From: Octopus sinensis
Taxonomy: Eukaryota
Length of the DNA stretch: 5,864 nucleotides
Direction: 5' to 3'
Assembly: GCF_006345805.1 (NCBI RefSeq)
Contig: NW_021829807.1
Coordinates: 1 to 5,864 of the forward strand
Shown here: positions 1-5,864 of the stretch, one piece after another
How the letters are laid out: the number at the start of each line of letters is the position of its first letter
Numbering within the stretch: position 1 is the first letter of the stretch
Program-made: the position numbers and the translations under genes
Notes under the pieces: model-generated
Told to the model about the DNA's origin: nothing
The model's database searches: none
The model's input: only the letters and a program-made list of their open reading frames with translations

Positions 1-131
1 TCACTTAGCGGCTCGGCAAAAGAGACCGATAGAATAAGTACTGGGCTTACAAAGAATAAGTCCCGGGGTCGAGTTGCTCGATTAAAGGCGGTGCTCCAGC
101 ATGGCCGCAGTCAAACAAGTAAAGAGTAGAG
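1..131 (+). mobile_element. 3' part of tRNA-derived SINE (copy 1; 5' part lies outside the window)
   Basis: 1-120 aligns almost base for base with 3289-3420 and with the reverse complement of copy 3 (TCACTTAGCGG...GGCGGTGCTCCAGCATGGCCGCAGTC). It has a 9-nt deletion (TGACTGAAA) after position 115 and ends in a purine-rich GTAAAGAGTAGAG tail. Confidence 0.92.
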
Positions 132-191
132 TATAAGAAAAGGGAGGAGGACCATTCAATTCTCCCCACGTGTTGAGTTTTAATGCAATTA

Positions 192-532
192 TATAAATAA
201 AAGAAGAAAAATGTACGCAGTTTACATAGTTTTAAATTACGTTTTAATATATTTTATAAGTGAAAGAATATGGTGTTTGTCAACCGGTTTCGCTTTTGCC
301 AATCATGAGATTGAAATTATTGTAATTTCGTATTTTCTTTCAGAAGATTTTAGTTCATGTTGTGTGTGGAGAAGTTTGTGAATGAATGAATCAACAGATC
401 TTGTTGATTCATTCGCAAATTTCTCCACACATGATTAGCGAAAGTGAAACTGGTCGACAAACACAATACTCTTTCATTTATAAAATATATTAAAACTATG
501 TAAACCTGTGTGCATTTTCTTTTTTTATTATA
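192..532. repeat. Long imperfect inverted repeat (fold-back palindrome); arms 192-396 and 402-532, 5-nt loop GATCT
   Basis: Centre is GAATGAATCAACA-GATCT-TGTTGATTCATTC. TGTGGAGAAGTTTGT pairs with GCAAATTTCTCCACA, and TGTTTGTCAACCGGTTTCGCTTTTGCCAATCATG pairs with CATGATTAGCGAAAGTGAAACTGGTCGACAAACA; pairing continues to the TTTACATAGTTTTAA/TTAAAACTATGTAAA block. The left arm has extra segments at 236-247 and ~308-364 plus one extra GAAT unit. Confidence 0.92.
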
Positions 533-1044
533 CACACACACTAGCACTGCATCCGGCGTTTCCCGGTTGTTGTGACCTACAGCCACATTGTATTATCTGT
601 TCCTTTCTTATGGGTAGAATTACCTCAGCTGATATATAGTGAACTGGATCACAGGCATAATGGAAGTTATCGTTTGGTTAAAAGTGAAGAGGGGGGGTAC
701 AATTTGCATGGGATTGCATGAAAGTGCTTTCTGTTCTTAAGAAGGATCACAAACTATGTATTGTTTCATTGTATAAAAGGGAGTTAATACGATTTTGTTC
801 AGAGATTAAGTTTTCAAAATTTTAATTACCGCCCCCCGTCCCTACCGCAATTTCTTAACTTGTAACTTTTTTCGAATTTTTTTTTTTATCCACGTAGAAA
901 AATATAGAGATTAGGAATCTGGAACATACATGCATTTTTAAAAGTTTCATTTTTCTTAAAGAAACACTCAATGGGACGGATCATCTCTGAAAACAGCTTC
1001 AAGAGTTGTGAAGAACGAATTTATACGTAGTCTGTTTCTGAGAG

Positions 1045-1236
1045 CTATTCTGAGACTTCTGTTTCATCATTAAAACATTGATTTAATGATCCAGCATTAA
1101 GTGCTGCAACATGCATTTCCTGATGTTGAGAAAATCTCATCTCTCTTCTCTCTTCAGACTCTCGCCTTCGGTTTTCTACAATCCTCCTTGCGTTATACTT
1201 GTTTCTGGAGAGATTACGTCTTTTCTTTGGGGGCAT
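1045..1236 (-). pseudogene. Probable remnant of the N-terminus of a Helitron Rep-helicase ORF (63 aa, MPPKKRRNLSRN...ESEERREMRFSQHQE)
   Basis: Taken from the ORF track. It has a basic NLS-like start (PPKKRR), then an E/R-rich E-S-x-E-x-R-x-x-R-F unit like those at the start of animal Helitron ORFs (recalled similarity). It lies on the same strand as, and inside, the Helitron-like termini. Confidence 0.5.
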
Positions 1237-1417
1237 ATTTTTCTCAATATTGTAAACAAAAAATTATGAACATAGAAAGAAATTATACATTAATCCCTAG
1301 TTTTGTAAGCAGTTTTATCCGTAGAAATTTTATTTGAAGAAAGCAGAAATTGAAAGAAGAGTAAGCGGAAAGAATAGAGAAAGAAAGTGAAAGCTGTATG
1401 TAAGTCTATATGAAATG

Positions 1418-1420
<3 letters not shown>

Positions 1421-1465
<45 letters not shown>

Positions 1466-1530
1466 CGTGCGTGAGTGTGTGCTTGCGCGTGTGTATGTGA
1501 GAGAGAAAGGGGTGAGAAAGAGAGATAGAG
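1421..1530 (+). repeat. (GT)20 microsatellite followed by degenerate GCGT/GA-rich tract
   Basis: Perfect GT repeat at 1421-1460, then GCGTGCGTGCGT and GAGAGAGA-type sequence. Confidence 0.97.
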
Positions 1531-2179
1531 TGAGTGAAGGTGTGTCTTTTAAGTTACACGCACATATAGAAAATGTGACGTCATCGTATAAAATGTTTAT
1601 GATAGTTGATTTGTGGAAAAGATTATTTGAAATGCAAATATGTGAATGGAAATTAAGTTTAATTTGTAGCTAAAATAGTACTGAATCTTTTGATGCCCCA
1701 TACGTCAACATCTATGATTCGGTTTTGGAAAACATAAGTAATATATAATATACAGGACAGTATGTCACATAACAATACAGACGTAAGACCTGGTAGAAAT
1801 AGCAGCCAATTCTCCCTCAAAACACCCTACTGTCTTAATCCGACAATTCTGCCTATTATGTAGTTTGAATGAGAAACTGTAGCTAAAGGTGAAGTTTATT
1901 AACCCCACAAAGAGAAGAAAGAAGAGAGACAGTATAGCGACTGTTTTGGTTGACTGTCATCCTGTACTCCTCTTGTTGTTAGCGAAATGGTATGTGCCGG
2001 CTGTCTAAGCAACTGGTTGTTTTATGGCGGAACAAACAGGACATTAAAGATTACAAAACCAGCGATTCTCACTTTGAAACTAACGATTTTGAAAATCTTT
2101 TTTAGATTACGGAACGCCCCGCTCTATCATGTATCCATATTTAAAATTTCAGCGCTATCGGATGAACAATACTCGAGTT

Positions 2180-2289
2180 ATAAACGCACAAACAGACAGA
2201 CGGATATTATGTGTGTGGTGGTGTGTGTATATATGTATGTATGTTGTATATATATGTATGTATGTATATATGTATTGTATGTATGTATG

Positions 2290-2345
<56 letters not shown>

Positions 2346-2475
2346 AATATGTACATACATACATACATACATATATACATACATACATACATACATATAT
2401 ATATATATACATACATATATACACACACACACATAATATATAAAATCCGTTCCGTCTGTCTGTTTGTGCGTTTAT
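2180..2475. repeat. ~296-bp palindrome: perfect 25-bp unique-sequence inverted repeat enclosing mirror-ordered microsatellite blocks around a (TA)n core
   Basis: 2180-2204 ATAAACGCACAAACAGACAGACGGA is the exact reverse complement of 2451-2475. Inside, TATTAT-(GT)n-ATATAT-(GTAT)n...GTAC (2205-2292) mirrors GTAC-(ATAC)n...(AC)n-ATAATA (2351-2438). The centre (2293-2350) is (TA)n. Confidence 0.9.
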
Positions 2476-2580
2476 TTTATATATATATATATATCTATAT
2501 ATATTATATATATATATATATATGAGTATTTATTATAAGTGTAAGTGTGAGTGTGTGTGTGTGTGCATGTGAGAGAGATA
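2476..2580 (+). repeat. (TA)n followed by (GT)n/(GA)n simple repeats
   Basis: Read directly from the sequence. Confidence 0.9.
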
Positions 2581-2841
2581 GGGGAGAGGGTGGTTGTATC
2601 TGAGAGATTTATAGTTTTCTTTTAGAAAAACTGTGAAACGGCAAAATAAACATCACGAGATGATGGACGTTTGCCACCCAGTTTTGTTCAAAGCTTTTTA
2701 CGAGTGACTTTTTCCGTAATCACAGTTTAAACACACATATACTAAACGCATGTCTCGCTTGAAGCACTTAACATAAAGTAGATTTAAATATGGGTAAATA
2801 ACAAAAATAAAAATAAATAAATATATAAAATAGTATTTAAA

Positions 2842-2849
2842 TAGCTAGC

Positions 2850-2880
<31 letters not shown>

Positions 2881-2893
2881 GTAGGTAGGTAGG

Positions 2894-2953
<60 letters not shown>

Positions 2954-2969
2954 CAGACAGGTAGGTAGA
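2842..2969 (+). repeat. Compound tetranucleotide microsatellite (TAGC)2..(TAGT)6(TAGG)4(TAGA)15 CAGA CAGG TAGG TAGA
   Basis: Unit counts were read directly: TAGT 2854-2877, TAGG 2878-2893, TAGA 2894-2953. Confidence 0.97.
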
Positions 2970-3018
2970 TTGATAGAGTGATAATTATTAAGTAAATGGG
3001 TAAAGAAGTTGCTTCATT

Positions 3019-3190
3019 GGTAGAGTGGCTGTGTGGTAAATAGCTTGCTAACCAACCACATGGTTCAGGGTTCAGTCCCACTGCATGGCATCTTGGGCAA
3101 GTGTCTTCTGCTATAGCTCCGGGCCGACCAATGCCTTTTGAGTGGATTTGGTAGACGGAAACTGAAAGAAGCCTGTCGTATATATGTATG

Positions 3191-3225
<35 letters not shown>

Positions 3226-3432
3226 TTGTGTCTGTGTTTGTCCCCCTAGCATTGCTTGACAACCGATGATGGTGAGTTCACGTCCCCGTCACTTAGCGGT
3301 TCGGCAAAAGAGACCGATAGAATAAGTACTGGGCTTACAAAGAATAAGTCCCGGGGTCGATTTGCTCGACTAAAGGCGGTGCTCCAGCATGGCCGCAGTC
3401 AAATGACTGAAACAAGTAAAAGAGTAAAAGAG
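3019..3432 (+). mobile_element. Near full-length tRNA-derived SINE (copy 2), octopus-type, with CORE-like segment and internal microsatellite
   Basis: Pol III A box TGGCTGTGTGG (3026-3036) and B box GGTTCAGTCCC (3069-3079). A CTTGGGCAAGTG motif (3092-3103) resembles the CORE-SINE domain. There is an internal TA/TG tract (3179-3230) and a (GTAAAAGA)2 tail (3416-3431). About 94% identical to copy 3 outside the tract by manual count (18 substitutions and 1 indel in ~347 nt). Confidence 0.92.
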
Positions 3433-3503
3433 TACATATATATGAGTGTGTGTGTGTGTGTGCTATATAATTATATGTTTTATATATATATATATTATAT
3501 ATA

Positions 3504-3530
3504 TTGGGTCATCCCCTAAATAATGCGTTT
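3504..3530 (+). repeat. Left terminal inverted repeat of the mariner
   Basis: TTGGGTCATCCCCTAAATAATGCGTTT, preceded by TA. Confidence 0.9.
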
Positions 3531-3689
3531 TCTTTTCAGTTGTATGAACTAAATGTTAGAGGGGGGTCGAGATAAACTACCTGCATCAACTTGCTACAAA
3601 AGCAGGTAGTAATTTTACCTTGTCCTTATTCTTAGTGCAACTTTTGAAGAGTGCAGCTTGATTTTAACAGTTATTTTTTCAAAGCCATA

Positions 3690-4342
3690 ATGGAAGTAAC
3701 AAAGGAGCATATTCGGTATATTTTGTTATATTAATACAATAAAGGCAACAGCGTAACGGAAACTGCGAGGAATATTAATACAGTATATGGGGATCGGATA
3801 ATAAGCGTTAGCCAGTGTCAATGGTGGTTCCAAAAATTCCGAGCCGGAAACTACAGCCTAGAAGAAGAGCCTCATCTTGGATGGTCTGTAGAGCTCGACG
3901 AGGACGTCCTGGTGGAACAAAGTCTCATCGTAACTGTTTAGAAGCTAGCAGAGAAGCTTGGATTTGGTCATTCAACCATTCATCGACACATGCGTGCCAT
4001 CGGAGAAGTCAGCAAATTGGGTTAATGGGTTCCTCACAAACTTTCTGAATCTAATGCTCGCCCACATACAGCGAGGATGACATTCCAAAGGCTGGAGCAG
4101 AGTGAATGAGAAACGATGCCTCACCCACCATATTCGTCGGACATTGCCCTTTCGGATTATCATTTATTCCACAATCTTCAAAATCAGTTGAACGGAAAAA
4201 TTATGAATTCTGTAGACGAGGTCAGAACAGTACCGAATGAATATTTTTTTGTCACGGACAAGTGAATTTTGGAAGAGGGGCTTTGCAAATCTACCATATA
4301 GATGGAAGGGCATTGTAGAAAATTAAGGAGAGTATAGATTAA
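3690..4342 (+). pseudogene. Mariner transposase pseudogene
   Basis: Manual translation from ATG 3690: MEVTKEHIRYILLY*YNKGNSVTETARNINTVYGDRIISVSQCQWWFQKFRAGNYSLEEEPHLGWSVELDEDVLVEQSLIVTV*KLAEKLGFGHSTIHRHMRAIGEVSKLG*WVPHKLSES/NARPHTARMTFQRLEQSE*ETMPHPPYSSDIALSDYHLFHNLQNQLNGK..., then a +1 frameshift in the T run at 4244-4250 giving LSRTSEFWKRGFANLPYRWKGIVEN*GEY. Stops are at 3732, 3939, 4023, 4107 and 4324. There are 34 residues from the N of (D)NARPH to the third catalytic Asp (4155-4157), which fits D34D. Confidence 0.95.
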
Positions 4343-4390
4343 AAGAGAACTTTGCTTATCTTAATTTTGAAAAATAAAAGAAGTATAAAA

Positions 4391-4417
4391 AACCGTAATA
4401 TTTATGGGATGACCGTA
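4391..4417 (-). repeat. Right terminal inverted repeat of the mariner
   Basis: Reverse complement is TACGGTCATCCCATAAATATTACGGTT, followed on the + strand by TA. Confidence 0.9.
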
Positions 4418-4431
4418 TATATATGTATATA

Positions 4432-4837
4432 TTCTTTCTTTCTTCTTCTTCTTTTTACTTGTTTCAGTCATTTTGACTGCGGCCATGCTGGAGCACCGCC
4501 TTTAATCGAGCAACTCGACCCCGGGACTTATTCTTTGTATGCCCAGTACTTATTCTATCGGTCTCTTTTGCCGAACCGCTAAGTGACGGGGACATAAACA
4601 CACCAGTATCGGTTGTCAAGCAATGCTAGGGGGACAAACACAGACACACATACATATATGCATATACATATATACGACAGGCTTCTTTCAGTCTCCGTCT
4701 ACCAAATCCACTCACAAGGCATTGGTTGGCCCGGGGCTATAGCAAAAGACACTTGCCCAAGATGCCATGCAGTGGGACTGAACCCAGAACCATGTGGCTG
4801 GTTACCAAGCTACTTACCACACGGCCACTCCTGCGCC
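4432..4837 (-). mobile_element. Full-length tRNA-derived SINE (copy 3), same family as copies 1 and 2
   Basis: The reverse complement starts GGCGCAGGAGTGGCCGTGTGG (A box) and includes GGTTCAGTCCC (B box), CTTGGGCAAGTG, a 30-nt internal TA/TG tract (4645-4674), the shared 3' body and a (GAA/GAAA)n tail. Both flanks are TA/TATG simple repeats. Confidence 0.93.
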
Positions 4838-4873
4838 TATGTATGTATATATGTATGTATGTATGTATGTATA
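4838..4873 (+). repeat. (TATG)n microsatellite
   Basis: Read directly from the sequence. Confidence 0.93.
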
Positions 4874-5319
4874 TCTAAAGAGTTTCTAGTAATTTTGTAG
4901 ACAGTTAATCTGGGAAGAAGCGAAACTATTCGAGTCCTTAGTAAGTGTGTGTGTACGAGTGTGAGCGCAAGCGAGCGAGTGAACGGGTGCGTGTAAATAT
5001 GTATGCATGTGTGCATGGGCAGACAGACAGATCAGTGCTAATTACATCTCGCCACCATATTCCCCGATAATAAGAAATAACGGCAATAATCCAATGCCAC
5101 ACCAACAGCTGTCTTCAAGAACCACCAACGCTACCATTCCCTTTACATCTCTACGTTTCTTCAATTTCCTCACTTACAACTAATTTAGAACAAGTGTTTC
5201 TCTTTCTGACTAACAAACACCTCTTATACTTCTTCCTACCAACTTTACTATGTTAATTTGGTTAAGTATATAATACTAAGAAAGTTAAATATACTACGTT
5301 AACCTTGTTAATTATATTA

Positions 5320-5346
5320 CTAGCGGGAGCCGTGAATATTTCACGG
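5320..5346 (-). mobile_element. 3' terminus of a second Helitron-like element (body extends rightwards; 5' end not located)
   Basis: The - strand reads CCGTGAA-ATA-TTCACGG (perfect 7-bp hairpin, 5330-5346), 6 nt, then CTAG|T (5320-5323, next base T), matching the Helitron subterminal hairpin plus CTRR|T. Confidence 0.6.
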
Positions 5347-5555
5347 AGCTAATGGTAAACTTATTGGGTTATTTCTGAAAACTTTATCAAAAATATCTGA
5401 AAGCGTACCCTGTGTTGTGTCTGTACCAATAGATAGTCGCTCGTCTGTTAATCACTGAAAGCTGAAGGATGTTGAAATTCGATCATTACTTAAAGCACTT
5501 TATATATACACCTTATAAAACTTTATGCACAAGTTTATAGACTTAATACACACCC

Positions 5556-5560
<5 letters not shown>

Positions 5561-5594
<34 letters not shown>

Positions 5595-5660
5595 CTCACT
5601 CTTTGCCTTTTCCTCTTTCCTCTCTCCCTTTTTCTATCGCTCTTCGTCTTTCCCTTCAAC
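5561..5660 (+). repeat. (CT)14 microsatellite and pyrimidine-rich low-complexity tract
   Basis: Perfect CT repeat at 5561-5588, then a C/T-rich run. Confidence 0.95.
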
Positions 5661-5722
5661 TAATCTCGTGAAAGCGTAACAGACGGGCTAAGTAACAGAG
5701 TGTCAAGCAGAATTATTACAAC

Positions 5723-5834
5723 ATATTGGTTTCAAATTTTGGGCACAAGACCAACAAATTTGGAACAGGTGTGCGGAGAGGGCAAGTCAGAACGAAATGC
5801 CCTTCAGCATTTTGCCCGGCTTGCTAGCGATTCT
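5723..5834 (-). mobile_element. Probable internally deleted copy of a second octopus-type SINE family
   Basis: The reverse complement AGAATCGCTAGCAAGCCGGGCAAAATGCTGAAGGGCATTTCGTTCT / GACTTGCCCTCTCC...TTGTTGGTCTTGTGCCCAAAATTTGAAACCAATAT resembles the 5' and 3' ends of an abundant octopus repeat as I recall it, with the middle missing. There is no second full copy in the window to confirm this. Confidence 0.5.
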
Positions 5835-5835
5835 T

Positions 5836-5864
5836 AATTCTACTATAGACACAAAGCCTGAAAT
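5836..5864 (-). mobile_element. Possible 3' end of another related SINE continuing beyond the window
   Basis: The reverse complement ATTTCAGGCTTTGTGTCTATAGTAGAATT resembles a recalled 3' end and is weakly similar to GGTCTTGTGCC in the neighbouring fragment. Only 29 nt are visible. Confidence 0.35.

Larger units (their letters stand above)
541..2210 (-). mobile_element. Non-autonomous Helitron-like (rolling-circle) element; 5' boundary approximate
   Basis: The - strand 3' end reads CCGG-GAAACG-CCGG (hairpin, 553-566), 8 nt, then CTAG|T (541-544, next base T), the canonical Helitron 3' hairpin plus CTRR|T. The - strand 5' region (2204 downward: TCCGTCTGTCTGTTTGTGCGTTTATAACTCGAGTATTGTTCATCCGATAGCGCTGAAATTTT) resembles the (CTGT)n...CCGAT...TGAAATTT 5' segment of invertebrate non-autonomous Helitrons (Lep1/DINE-1-like), recalled from memory. 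A short same-strand ORF resembling a Rep-Hel N-terminus is inside. No Rep or helicase motifs were seen, and a clean 5' TC terminus is not identifiable. Confidence 0.68.
3504..4417 (+). mobile_element. Internally deleted mariner (Tc1/mariner, DD34D) DNA transposon, ~914 bp
   Basis: TIRs at 3504-3530 and 4391-4417 match at 21 of 27 positions (core GGTCATCCC.TAAATA). The element is flanked by TA at 3502-3503 and 4418-4419 and contains a degenerate transposase with WVPHKL, NARPH and YSSDIALSDYHLF motifs. Confidence 0.95.

Noticed and set aside
31-61. AGAATAAGT direct repeat at 22-nt spacing, superficially like a repeat-spacer unit
   Set aside because: There are only two units, both internal to every SINE copy. 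The context is eukaryotic, and there is no CRISPR array or cas gene.
350-586. 78-aa - strand ORF, and the 1101-1337 + strand ORF
   Set aside because: The first spans the palindrome and the Helitron end, and the second is antisense to the Helitron peptide. Neither has recognisable motifs.
1410-1673. ORF MKWTCVCVCV...
   Set aside because: It is driven by the (GT)20 repeat and has no protein features.
1785-1840. AGACCTGGTAGAAATAGCAGCCAATTCTCCCTCAAAACACCCTACTGTCTT looks like a fragment of another cephalopod repeat nested in the Helitron
   Set aside because: The similarity is from memory only, with no second copy, boundaries or TSD in the window.
1987-2525. Cluster of ORFs of 75-104 aa rich in Y/I/V/C/M/H/T
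   Set aside because: They are translations of TA, TATG and CA microsatellites, which lack stop codons in several frames.
3019-3090. tRNA gene suggested by the A and B boxes (also 4766-4837)
   Set aside because: No convincing cloverleaf or acceptor stem was found, and the region continues into the SINE body, so it is a tRNA-derived SINE head.
2869-3519. ORFs 2869-3252, 3065-3262 and 3256-3519, and their counterparts at 4352-4582 and 4613-4900 (shared MSSNARGTNTDT.../PEPCGWL peptides)
   Set aside because: The shared peptides arise because both regions are copies of the same SINE. They are not paralogous genes.
3815-4163. ORFs 3815-4048 (+) and 3972-4163 (-)
   Set aside because: They are out-of-frame and antisense readings of the mariner transposase pseudogene, whose real frame starts at 3690.
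4415-4850. Target-site duplications around the SINE copies
   Set aside because: The flanks are TA/TATG simple repeats, so short matches are expected by chance and no unambiguous TSD can be called.
4880-5318. Possible host exon or regulatory element in the apparently unique sequence (also 2580-2840)
   Set aside because: There is no ORF above threshold, no convincing splice-site pair and no recognisable motif.

Overview
AT-rich, microsatellite-dense, non-coding eukaryotic DNA with no supportable host gene. The dominant SINE resembles octopus (coleoid cephalopod) repeats as I recall them; that taxon assignment is from memory and not a database search. The window is mostly transposable-element remnants: (1) three copies of one tRNA-derived SINE (1-131 +, cut by the window edge; 3019-3432 +; 4432-4837 -); (2) a ~914-bp internally deleted DD34D mariner (3504-4417) with TIRs, TA flanks and a pseudogenised transposase; (3) a ~1.67-kb non-autonomous Helitron-like element on the - strand (~2210 to 541); (4) a second Helitron-type 3' terminus at 5320; (5) probable fragments of a second SINE family at the right edge. 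The unusual structural features are two ~300-340-bp fold-back palindromes (192-532 and 2180-2475) at the two ends of the Helitron-like element, and a near-symmetric SINE(+)/mariner/SINE(-) block. I see no convincing evidence of a new functional system; these palindromes are the best leads.
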